Origin: a virus | Taxonomy: Duplodnaviria > Caudoviricetes | Length of the DNA stretch: 64,000 nt | IMG/VR virus record: IMGVR_UViG_3300008255_000098 | Strand: one strand, 5' to 3' | Shown here: positions 1 to 8,983 of the stretch, piece after piece | Numbering within the stretch: the first letter of the stretch is position 1 | How the letters are laid out: each line of letters begins with the position of its first letter | Program-made: the position numbers and the translations under genes | The notes under the pieces: generated by a model | Databases searched by the model: none | Told to the model about the DNA's origin: nothing | Seen by the model: only the letters and a program-made list of their open reading frames with translations

Positions 1-873
1 TCTTTTTGCTTTACTATGGTCACAGAAGGCAAATTTAACTTCTTTCCTTGGCTCCAAATGTTCAATTGAAATATTATGTTCATATTCTCTTGCTATTTTT
101 TGTACCAACAAAGCTAAATCAATAATTTTAGTTGGTTTGTCTGTCCCAATATTGTATGTCTCTTCTGAGCCTTGAAATAGCAATTTTTCTAAAGGGTCCA
201 TGCAATATTTGATATCTGAAAATGCTCTTGTTTGATTACCATCACCAAAAATAGATAAATTTTCATCATTCAAGGTTTTTACAATAAAAATTCCTATAAC
301 ATTCCTATAACGGTCCCAAATATTTTGATATATCCCATGGTAGTTGTGTGGTCGTATAATTGAATAGTCTAATCCATGAAACTTTTTTGCTGATTTTAAA
401 TCTAACTCAATAGCACGTTTCGCTATTCCATACGGAGTTTCTGGAACGGCAGCTTTGGAACTTTCCTCGGTAAAGGGCGGCTCTAAATTTCCATATATTT
501 CCATACTGCTAGTGAAAATTATTTTTTTAATATTTGTTGTGACACAAGCATTTATAAGTGTCGCAGGAGCCATAATATTATTTAGATAATTATGTTTTCT
601 AACAAACGGACTAAAACCAGCAGCTGCAAAGGCAGCAAAATGGTACACAAACTTGACATTGTTATGTTTAATAATTCTAACAAGCTCACTCTCATCTAAT
701 AAGCTAGTTTGAATAAATATGAAATGTTTATGTTCTGGAAGATGGTCAACACACCCGCCAGATAAATTATCTACACCAACAACATTATAGTTAGATTGTA
801 ATAGATGCCTAGAAAAATTGGCGCCAAATAATCCAGCAGCGCCAGTGACTAAAATTGTTGTTCTGTCTTTCAT
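1..873 (-). CDS. NAD-dependent epimerase/dehydratase (3' end runs off window)
   Basis: Not in ORF track. My translation from ATG at 873 gives MKDRTTILVTGAAGLFGANF (Rossmann GxxGxxG), TSSMEIYG and PYGIAK (YxxxK); the frame is open to base 1. ATGA overlap with the upstream methyltransferase stop. Confidence 0.9.
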   Translation of the reverse strand, partial: MKDRTTILVTGAAGLFGANFSRHLLQSNYNVVGVDNLSGGCVDHLPEHKHFIFIQTSLLDESELVRIIKHNNVKFVYHFAAFAAAGFSPFVRKHNYLNNIMAPATLINACVTTNIKKIIFTSSMEIYGNLEPPFTEESSKAAVPETPYGIAKRAIELDLKSAKKFHGLDYSIIRPHNYHGIYQNIWDRYRNVIGIFIVKTLNDENLSIFGDGNQTRAFSDIKYCMDPLEKLLFQGSEETYNIGTDKPTKIIDLALLVQKIAREYEHNISIEHLEPRKEVKFAFCDHSKAKR

Positions 874-1490
874 TTTTTAATATATAGGGCATCACCCCAA
901 GTTTGTTCTGGGGCCTCTGTTATAACTCTTTTAAAGCCAAATCCATCTAAATGTTTATCTATTTCTTCAACAAGACAACAATTTTTATACATTTCTACGA
1001 AATTAATTTCTGTATATACTGCACTAAAGTTTTCAAGCAGTCTGCCAAACCCACGTAATACTTTAAGTTCTGCGCCTTGAACATCTAAATTTAAAAAATC
1101 ATAATCAGAAATAACAATATCTTTAATACTGTCAAACCTTTTTGTTTTCATTGAAATGTGATCGGTATATTGTATGTGAGGATATTGTTGTGCGTGAACA
1201 CCCAACTCTAACATAGAACTAGATTGGCCATTATTTGCGATATTGAATGTTATTTCTTCATCGTCTACGTCTGATAAAGCGACATTTTTATAATAATTTT
1301 TAATAGGATAAAAGTTTGTTTTATCAAACAGGTGTTTCATTAATTTTTTGTTTGCTTCAAACCAAACAACATTTTTAATGTTTGCATTAACATAAGCTTC
1401 CGTCTCTTCACCTAAGTGTGCCCCTACATGGATCACTCCTTTAAATGGTGCTCCATTTACCATTACACATTTTTCCATTGGTATATACAT
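870..1490 (-). CDS. FkbM-family SAM-dependent methyltransferase
   Basis: VIHVGAHLGEE, VVWFEAN, FLNLDVQGAELKVLRG, VYTEINF, WGDALY motifs. Confidence 0.9.
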   Translation of the reverse strand: MYIPMEKCVMVNGAPFKGVIHVGAHLGEETEAYVNANIKNVVWFEANKKLMKHLFDKTNFYPIKNYYKNVALSDVDDEEITFNIANNGQSSSMLELGVHAQQYPHIQYTDHISMKTKRFDSIKDIVISDYDFLNLDVQGAELKVLRGFGRLLENFSAVYTEINFVEMYKNCCLVEEIDKHLDGFGFKRVITEAPEQTWGDALYIKK

Positions 1491-1780
1491 TATATTTCCT
1501 TACCTTTGTTGTTTTCACATGAACTACCCACCCACGACAGCTTAGCTGTCGTGGGGTAGATTTCGGAGGTCATAGACTTGCCTAATAATGGTAACGCCTT
1601 ATTCTGTTTTTGTTTAACACCCGACTCAGTTCCTGAGTCGGACAGCATTTTTAAATCTTGGTTTTTAATATTTATGTTTGTATCAAAATCTCTGTCATGT
1701 ACAGTATTACAACTTTTCCAGGTCCACGATGCGTTTCGTTTGGTGTAATTTAATAAAATATATTCTTTGAAGTTGCTCAC
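1490..1780 (-). pseudogene. Degenerate C-terminal remnant of an IS200/IS605 TnpB
   Basis: WTWKSCNTVHDRDFDTNINIKN resembles the TnpB zinc-ribbon/RuvC-III motif W.C..C...HDRD.NAA.NI; the following SGTESGVKQKQNKALPLLGKSMTSE resembles a TnpB tail; the ORF runs through an IS right-end hairpin. Confidence 0.65.
1519..1564 (-). mobile_element. IS200/IS605-type right end / omegaRNA 3' hairpin (copy A)
   Basis: Minus strand GAAATCTACCCCACGACAGC-TAA-GCTGTCGTGGGTGGGTAGTTCAT: perfect 11-bp stem followed by a GGGTAGTTCA terminus typical of tnpB element ends. Confidence 0.7.
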
Positions 1781-1786
1781 ACATAA

Positions 1787-1815
1787 AGTTTAGAATAAAA
1801 AAACAAATTTGTAAA
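1787..1815 (-). promoter_or_regulatory. sigma70-like promoter
   Basis: TTTACA-17 nt-TAAACT immediately upstream of the 1490-1780 ORF. Confidence 0.5.
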
Positions 1816-2002
1816 CACATATTAAAATTGATTTGATATGATGTAAGCCTTGCTGGTATTCGTTTAGGCCACAAACCTTTATAGGAAAAGGCTAGCAGCC
1901 TCTCAGTGCTCTTCTAAAAACATTCTTGGGGCTCTATGCATTTCATTATTACGTGGCGGGAGAATGTTTATATCATTTTTTTACTAATAGGTCGGGACCT
2001 AG

Positions 2003-5000
2003 TTAGCTACCGCCAGGATCATTTTGGTTATTACTATCGTTTTCTTCTTCTTGTCCAGCTTCAGCCAGAATTGTCAATGAACTTCCTATCGTACTAATCA
2101 ACGAACGATAGCTACCCCAGGCATCTATAGGAGTAAATTTAACACTAGTAGAAAAATCACCTTGAGTAAATTTATGCCCAACTCCAGTTATTGCGTACAT
2201 ATTATCAACCGTTGTTCCCGTTTGGAAATCTAGAAAATAACTTTGCATATAATTTAATAATGGATTTCCTACACATTCCATATTCATAACGGTAGGGATT
2301 ACATTCATTGGTAACCCACCAACATTTTCTCCGTTAGGAGTGGTACCTTCCTCACGACGGAAACTTCTAAGCAAATTTACTGTAGCTAAACTAGAATTTT
2401 GCATTGAATTCATTTGTGCGCTCTTTATAGTAGTTCCACCAGCACCAAATATAACATAAGGTGAATTGAGCATGATAAACTCTTTTAATTTTTTAGGTCC
2501 GCCTTTTATTCTATAAATTGTACTACTGCCCTCTGTTGCGACTCCTGTGCTTGCTAAATCTTCAGACACATTGGCTGACGGAATTTTTTCAATTAGTCCT
2601 ATACCCTCAGCTGACGCAATAGCTGAAGCGGCTATTTCTTCTCTGGCTCTAGTAACTGATGCATTTCCAGATTGAGCTGCTTGGTTAGTTGCAATTCCGC
2701 CTATAGATCTAACTTGGTCACGACGTGCTGCCAACAACATTCTTCCAATTGGTTCATAGGCTGTTGATGCTTTATCAAAAATGTGTAATCGCAAGATAGA
2801 CTGGGAACTAACACTGTCATCATCATCTGCTTCGTTTACACCAGTTTTTCCTGGTAAAGTTTCAATATAAATTCCTAATTGCGGCGGCCTGAAAGTTCCA
2901 TCTGGTGTATAATCACGTAATATTGCTTCCATTCTTTGTTGATATACAGCCGGGTCGTTTTTTGGCACGGTCGGGCCTCGAACACGACCTTCTGGGTCTG
3001 TATATTTAGTTCTAAACAACTCGCCAGACTCATCCCAAAGTCCGTAAGAGGAAGCAGCAGGGTCATCTAGCAATATATCTCCAATGAAATTCATGAATTG
3101 TTTTAGAGACATAACTGAGCTACGTGATATGTGTTCTAGCCTATAACGTGCTAGTTCATCAGCAAAGTATTGCATATCAACAACAAAATTTGCAATATTT
3201 AGTCTTGACGCCTTTCCGGCATACTCATTGAATGGATAAAAGAACATTTGTACTTCGTCATAATGTTTAGTATTTGCTAAAGGCTGACCAACAAACAATA
3301 ACAACAATCTTGCTAATGACGTAGGCCCGATATTTGCAACTGAACCCACAGAAAATGCGTGATTTCGAAATGCTTGTCGGGCTGTTTGTTCTTCTTGTCC
3401 TCTACTGTGGTCATCTATATGTCTATGCCCAGAATCAACAATATTATTTGGAAGAAAAGGGTCTATGTTGGTTTGCAACACTTCAATTTTACGTCTAATG
3501 CTTTCCTGAATTGACCGCCGCAAATTAGCAAAATTAGTTATTTGCCCATTGGAATCTGTTGTATTCCCCTGTCTTCTAGCTGCACTATTCGAAGATTCAT
3601 TACCAAATAAATCTGTTATTTTTCTAGCTAGTTCACGAGCACTTGGGTTAGAACTGGTACTGTATTGCCGCCTAAAATTTGCTAGTGCGGTTCTTAACTC
3701 AGATGTCAAAATTATATTATTTGTAGCATCTTGTGCTGCATTAAGAATTTGGTGCCCACGGACCTCTTGCATAGTTGTGGTAGAGGAGTTTGGAAAAACA
3801 CGCTGTCTAAGTTCAGCTATTTCTCTTTGTAGTTCTTCAATATCGTTTAGGCTTTGTGTAAAGCCAGCTCCCTCTGAAGACATGAGTTCTGTATCAAACT
3901 CTGTTACCCCTCTCATAGCAATCTCTAATTTAATATTAACTTCTCCAGATGGTTCAAAAGTAAATGAAGAGTTTGTAACCATGTATTTTTCTTTAACTCT
4001 CAACCCGTCAATTAAATCACCATATGGATTATCAGAATTATTTACAGCACCGTCGGGATGTGACCAGCCATATTCAATAGTAATTTCATTAGTTCCGTAA
4101 AGATCAGCTCTAATAAATTCTGATACTTCTGCTAATCTTGACCTATCATGCAGTTTGAAAGAAAGACTTCCATTTTTATAACTTAAGAAACCACGTGAGG
4201 GCTGAATGTTAATTTCTAAATCTTGTAATGTCAACAACGGTCTGAACTTATCAAGTACTTCATTTGATCTCGCTGATTCGGGCACATTTTCCATATTTAC
4301 TAAAGTTTGCGGACTAGTAAAAATTTCCATACCAGTTACCGAATATATTTCTGGTATTGGACTGTCTTCTGTTCCTGCTCTAGAAGAAATATTACTACCA
4401 GCAGTAGTATCAGCTTCAGCCATAAATTCAGTAACTGAGTGTTTCCCAGGTGATTCTGCGCCTAATAAAAATTTGTTGAGAGAAAGATTTTGAAGCTGAC
4501 GACCAATAGCAGAAACTGGCGGTCGAGGGAAAAATAATTCTACATTAACATATGGCACGGCTCGCATAAGCTCTACATTTGGAATGCCATTTAAAAATAT
4601 AGTAGAAGCTGCTGTATTCTGTGATTCTATGGTAACTCGTGGCGAGTTTGAAACGTATATAGATAACCCAGGAAACTCTTTTGTTGGCCTAGAAGGAATT
4701 TGATTTATTGAAAAATTTGTGTCAGCGCCTGGAGCACCATGCCCTAACATTTGTCTAACCCCAATATCTGTAATTGGGGTTTCGTCATCAGCGTTTCCAT
4801 ATTCAGCATTCAAAAAATCATTGACATTATATTGCCCTCTTTGATGAACTACAAAATTATTATCTTTTTCATAATGTAAATGCAATAACCTGCCAAAACT
4901 CGCCTTAGCAACTTCTAATTCTTGACTTGTTAAGTTTTCAAACACTGAAGAAAATCTTGTTAAAAACTCGTGAGTAGTGTATGCCCCATCAGCAGTGTCT

Positions 5001-5203
5001 ATCAACATATTGATCAATGTAGCTTCTGCTTCTGTTGGAGCAGATACCTCTATATTTTCATTTCTCCCACCGCTGCCGAGACTTGGATCTGTATTAATAT
5101 CTCTAAGCGCAGCCATTTCTGCTGATTCTTTAACGCTATGAATGCCAAAATATTTTGATAATATTCTAGTAGCTTGAACTAATTTTCTTTGTCTAACTGA
5201 CAT
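2003..5203 (-). CDS. Putative baseplate hub / large tail structural protein
   Basis: 1066 aa, positioned after TMP, tube-initiator-like and small wedge-like genes; C-terminal beta-rich motifs GNPLLNYMQSYFLDF and YAITGVGHKFTQGDFSTSVKF resemble hub (gp27/gpD-like) ends. Assigned mainly by synteny. Confidence 0.55.
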   Translation of the reverse strand: MSVRQRKLVQATRILSKYFGIHSVKESAEMAALRDINTDPSLGSGGRNENIEVSAPTEAEATLINMLIDTADGAYTTHEFLTRFSSVFENLTSQELEVAKASFGRLLHLHYEKDNNFVVHQRGQYNVNDFLNAEYGNADDETPITDIGVRQMLGHGAPGADTNFSINQIPSRPTKEFPGLSIYVSNSPRVTIESQNTAASTIFLNGIPNVELMRAVPYVNVELFFPRPPVSAIGRQLQNLSLNKFLLGAESPGKHSVTEFMAEADTTAGSNISSRAGTEDSPIPEIYSVTGMEIFTSPQTLVNMENVPESARSNEVLDKFRPLLTLQDLEINIQPSRGFLSYKNGSLSFKLHDRSRLAEVSEFIRADLYGTNEITIEYGWSHPDGAVNNSDNPYGDLIDGLRVKEKYMVTNSSFTFEPSGEVNIKLEIAMRGVTEFDTELMSSEGAGFTQSLNDIEELQREIAELRQRVFPNSSTTTMQEVRGHQILNAAQDATNNIILTSELRTALANFRRQYSTSSNPSARELARKITDLFGNESSNSAARRQGNTTDSNGQITNFANLRRSIQESIRRKIEVLQTNIDPFLPNNIVDSGHRHIDDHSRGQEEQTARQAFRNHAFSVGSVANIGPTSLARLLLLFVGQPLANTKHYDEVQMFFYPFNEYAGKASRLNIANFVVDMQYFADELARYRLEHISRSSVMSLKQFMNFIGDILLDDPAASSYGLWDESGELFRTKYTDPEGRVRGPTVPKNDPAVYQQRMEAILRDYTPDGTFRPPQLGIYIETLPGKTGVNEADDDDSVSSQSILRLHIFDKASTAYEPIGRMLLAARRDQVRSIGGIATNQAAQSGNASVTRAREEIAASAIASAEGIGLIEKIPSANVSEDLASTGVATEGSSTIYRIKGGPKKLKEFIMLNSPYVIFGAGGTTIKSAQMNSMQNSSLATVNLLRSFRREEGTTPNGENVGGLPMNVIPTVMNMECVGNPLLNYMQSYFLDFQTGTTVDNMYAITGVGHKFTQGDFSTSVKFTPIDAWGSYRSLISTIGSSLTILAEAGQEEENDSNNQNDPGGS

Positions 5204-5233
5204 ATTCTAAGGTAAATATTGTTATGCTTTATT

Positions 5234-5527
5234 TTAGCCGACAAATCGCAGAATGTCGTCAAGGTTGGGAATAAGAATTCTTGTTCCTGGAGGAACTTGC
5301 ATGGTCCAACCAATATTTGAGGCTCCGCTAATCACCCAAAATAAACGACCATCGCCATAAATTCTTCCAGCCAAAACGTCAATCCGCTCTCCTTCATCTA
5401 AAATCATTTCTTGGGTAGGAATATTACCGTTTTCAATATTTTGTCTTATTGCGGTTATAGCAAAAGATGTACCATATTGTTTTCCAAGTCTTAGCACTTT
5501 AGTTCTTGTGTATCTAGAAACTACCAT
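5234..5527 (-). CDS. Small baseplate protein (LysM/tail protein X/gp53-like)
   Basis: GERIDVLAGRIYGDGRLFWVI...PGTRILIP is the typical LysM-like tail X pattern. Confidence 0.75.
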   Translation of the reverse strand: MVVSRYTRTKVLRLGKQYGTSFAITAIRQNIENGNIPTQEMILDEGERIDVLAGRIYGDGRLFWVISGASNIGWTMQVPPGTRILIPNLDDILRFVG

Positions 5528-5537
5528 TTTTTACCAT

Positions 5538-8500
5538 TCAAATATTTCCAGCTTGACTATTATTACTCGTAGTAGAAGCATTTTCGTTTGAAGATTCTTC
5601 TGCACGCCTAATTTTCATTTCTTGTAGTATAGCACCAACATTATAAATTGGGGAAATCATATTTCCATTTACGTCGATTCCAGGATTCAAATCATGAACA
5701 GGAGCAAACTCTAATTCTACCGTACACCACTTTGGAGCCTTTGAATTTTGATCTTCAGTTTCCCAAATAGCCCCCTCCCAGTTAAATCTAATTGATTTAA
5801 TAAATCCTGCCAAGCCTTGTCCTTTTGTGGATTCAAAAGATTTAAATATTGGGTTACCGCCGCCGTCGCCTTGTGCGGAACTTGTTCGTGTACTAGCTCC
5901 TCCAATATCGTCAGGAGAGAAAAACTGTGATATTTTTCTCCACGGCTCGTCATCTGGCGTTCCAGAAGATTGTGTCGTCGGACTTACATTTGCAGCCGCC
6001 GCAGCTTCAACAACTGGTTTGTTAATATCAAATCTAATACTTTGATAATTTTGTGTGTTTTGTTGTGGACGAAAATCAATTTCATATATAGTTCCAGCTG
6101 CTTCGCCAGCTAGTCCAGGAGTAAAAGTAATTCTATAAGCACTATCTGATATCTTTGAGGTTACTGTTGCAATAGAATTTACTTGGATTTGTGGTGGAGT
6201 TGGTAAGTTACCATGAGCATGATTTCGCCTTTGGGCACGTATGGCAGCTGTTTCGGCATGTTGACGTTGTGTGCGTTGTTGCCGTGTTTCTCCCGCATGA
6301 GGGTCTGTTGTTCTCCTAATCGCCTTATTCTCACCAACATTACCAATTGTTTGTATTGCTTCTGTTATTTTAAATTGTTCTCCAATATTAAAAGAAGGAA
6401 GATTATTTTCAGTAGAAATACCAAGTTGTCTATCTCTGATATTTTTGTATTCATTCAGGAAGGCATCTTGTGTTTGTCTATCTGACAATGCTACTCCATC
6501 AGTGACATCAAAATCTCTGCTTCCTAAACCAAATAACCTTGCTAGGTCAAATTCATTGAAATTCGATTTAATTAAATCTCCAACTCTAAGTCTGATCATT
6601 GGAGAAGACGAAGGGAGTTGTGAAAATGGTTGTATAAACTTCTTTCCATTATGAGAAAGTGCTCTACCGAGGGTATATTGTGGATATAACATCATCAAAA
6701 TTTTATTAAGTTTATACCACATAACATCAAATCCTGCTTGATTTGTAGCTACTGTTTTAAAACTTAGGCTTATGGCTCTATTAGTATTTTTATATGTGTA
6801 TATTTTACCAATTCTTCCATAACCTTCACTCTCATTGTAATCAGCAGAATGCGAGTCAGATATATTGTCTATAAATGCGTGAAATGAAATAATTTCATTT
6901 GTCCTAAGATCATGAAAATAGAAAGGCATATAATATGAGTCTAATCGTTCTTCAGTTTTTTTAACAAAATCAGCAGATAGTCTTTTGTTGTCTGTTTTGA
7001 CAAAATTTCTTCTACTGCTTAAAATATTATATTTATTAGTATTTCCAAAGCCTGACTCTGCGCTCATAATACTGCTGTTTATCATATAAAGAGCAGGTAA
7101 AGTATTCGCATTCCATGCCATAGTATTTTTATAATCTGCGGCAAGAATATCAGATAGTCTATTTTTTTTAATTAGAGCTGATGGATTCGGAACTATAGAA
7201 GTTTGGTTTGTTTCACTCCCCAGTTTGTTTTCTGATATAAAATCTACTGTGTTATCTATCGTGCTGTCATAAGAACTATTGTATTCTGTGGATAAAACTA
7301 AATCTCCTATATTGGCCATAACATTCATAAATTTTAAGAATCTTGATTCTTTAATAAGTCTAATTGACGCAGAAATTGTTGTTGGGTCACTTGCTGGTCC
7401 TGTAATCGGTTGGTAATCAGCAGGACCATTAGATAGAACGGTTCCAATATCCCCATGTATTCTTGGACCAATGCTTAAAATAGAGGACAGCGGATCCGCA
7501 ATTGAACGTACCAGAAGCCGTAAAATCCCATTATAATAACCAGGGGATTCTACAATTTTTGTTGGTGCTGAGCCAAGTTTGACTCCGCTGGTAATATTTG
7601 AGCCGAAAAATACCTCAAGACCAGCCCGCACTGCATCATCGTATTTATTTTGAGTTGCTACTAATAGATTTTCATTTAGACCGAGTAAAGCTAAACCAAA
7701 ATTTGGATCAGATTCATCTTCCTTTGGAAGGTTACTACCCAACCTTTTTCTTCTTACTTCTAAATCTGTTGGGCCATCTGGCCAAGGACTAATATTGTTT
7801 CCTCTTGGGCTAAATTTACTTAAACTTTTTGCTAAATTTAGAAATATAACAGAAAATGTTTTTACTAATAAAGTTCCAACTATTATACTTGATGTAGCAC
7901 TAGAGATAGCTGAAAAAGGAACAAAAGGGTTGTTTACGCTTCCAAAAGAAGCTTTAGCGCCTGATTTGAGTCCAAATCTCTCCCCAGGGTTTGAGAAATC
8001 ATTACTTTTATTTAACATTTCCTCAGCACTAAAACGGTTTGCATTAACTCGAAAGCCTAAGCGAGCGGTACCAGGAGCTGTTTGGGTTATTGCTCTAGTC
8101 GCTAACTCCTGTCTAACATTGTCTAGGTCTTCTGGAATATAGTGTTCACCAGAGGCTTCTAATAAAATTTGATACCCTATGTTACGAAGTTTTTTAATTG
8201 AAATAGTAGGGTCCTTCTCAGCTATTCCAAAAAGTCTTTTGGGGGAATGTCCGCCAAGGCGGGATTGCAAGACATGTTCCCTAGTTCCAGCTTCATCTTC
8301 AGTAAGTTGCCCGTCAACACCTGGGACATAAAGGTCATCTGGACTTTGTAGAGAATTTTCTTTGATTGTGTCAGAAATTTGCCCAGAAAACAATTCAGGA
8401 TTCTCGTTAAGTCCTGCTAGGAGATTTGAAGCTTGAATTTGCGTCTCAATATCTATATCCCCTGCGTTTCCAGGAATAACATCTTTTTGAAAATATCCAG

Positions 8501-8792
8501 CTACTCCAACTTTTTCAAAACTTGCTTGTATTTCAGTGGTTTGTTTTTGTAAATGAGCATTACTACTAGGGTCGTTATTTACGAACACACCAAGGTTAGG
8601 ACCATCCTGTATGGCAGCGACGCTGCTATTGGTTTTATCAGGAATCATTTGTTGAAAATATTCACCAATTTTTACCTTGGTTCCAGTAGAAAAATCGTCT
8701 TCTCTAACATGAACAAGCGGGTCGTCACCACGACGTGCCCTGTCCCCGTTTTCTAGAATTATTTTCTCTGGTATGTCGTCTCTGTCGGTCAT
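5538..8792 (-). CDS. Putative tail-tube initiator/baseplate protein (gp48/gp54-like C-terminal domain) with long N-terminal region
   Basis: FHAFIDNISDSHSADYNESEGYGRIGKIYTYKNTNRAISLSF and SPMIRLRVGDL motifs typical of tube-initiator-like folds; lies directly downstream of the TMP. Confidence 0.6.
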   Translation of the reverse strand: MTDRDDIPEKIILENGDRARRGDDPLVHVREDDFSTGTKVKIGEYFQQMIPDKTNSSVAAIQDGPNLGVFVNNDPSSNAHLQKQTTEIQASFEKVGVAGYFQKDVIPGNAGDIDIETQIQASNLLAGLNENPELFSGQISDTIKENSLQSPDDLYVPGVDGQLTEDEAGTREHVLQSRLGGHSPKRLFGIAEKDPTISIKKLRNIGYQILLEASGEHYIPEDLDNVRQELATRAITQTAPGTARLGFRVNANRFSAEEMLNKSNDFSNPGERFGLKSGAKASFGSVNNPFVPFSAISSATSSIIVGTLLVKTFSVIFLNLAKSLSKFSPRGNNISPWPDGPTDLEVRRKRLGSNLPKEDESDPNFGLALLGLNENLLVATQNKYDDAVRAGLEVFFGSNITSGVKLGSAPTKIVESPGYYNGILRLLVRSIADPLSSILSIGPRIHGDIGTVLSNGPADYQPITGPASDPTTISASIRLIKESRFLKFMNVMANIGDLVLSTEYNSSYDSTIDNTVDFISENKLGSETNQTSIVPNPSALIKKNRLSDILAADYKNTMAWNANTLPALYMINSSIMSAESGFGNTNKYNILSSRRNFVKTDNKRLSADFVKKTEERLDSYYMPFYFHDLRTNEIISFHAFIDNISDSHSADYNESEGYGRIGKIYTYKNTNRAISLSFKTVATNQAGFDVMWYKLNKILMMLYPQYTLGRALSHNGKKFIQPFSQLPSSSPMIRLRVGDLIKSNFNEFDLARLFGLGSRDFDVTDGVALSDRQTQDAFLNEYKNIRDRQLGISTENNLPSFNIGEQFKITEAIQTIGNVGENKAIRRTTDPHAGETRQQRTQRQHAETAAIRAQRRNHAHGNLPTPPQIQVNSIATVTSKISDSAYRITFTPGLAGEAAGTIYEIDFRPQQNTQNYQSIRFDINKPVVEAAAAANVSPTTQSSGTPDDEPWRKISQFFSPDDIGGASTRTSSAQGDGGGNPIFKSFESTKGQGLAGFIKSIRFNWEGAIWETEDQNSKAPKWCTVELEFAPVHDLNPGIDVNGNMISPIYNVGAILQEMKIRRAEESSNENASTTSNNSQAGNI

Positions 8793-8803
8793 ATTATATC
8801 TAA

Positions 8804-8968
8804 TTATTCACTTGACAATTTTTGTATTGGCTCTAATAGATTCTTTTCAAATCGCTCAGTTATTTCCTGTAGTGCTTTTAAAATTACAACTCGTTCGTCT
8901 TCAGGAAGTTTTTCCAAAAGTTCTTTGTAATAAGGATCGTTAATACACTGCTCAAATATTTTTTCCAT
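8804..8968 (-). CDS. Small hypothetical protein (54 aa)
   Basis: Not in track. MEKIFEQCINDPYYKELLEKLPEDERVVILKALQEITERFEKNLLEPIQKLSSE* fills the gap between TMP and the next gene. Confidence 0.7.
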   Translation of the reverse strand: MEKIFEQCINDPYYKELLEKLPEDERVVILKALQEITERFEKNLLEPIQKLSSE

Positions 8969-8983
8969 CGTCTTTCAACCTAA

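Noticed and set aside
2875-8756. Short antisense or alternate-frame ORFs inside the baseplate genes
   Set aside because: Fully nested in long genes with no recognisable motifs.
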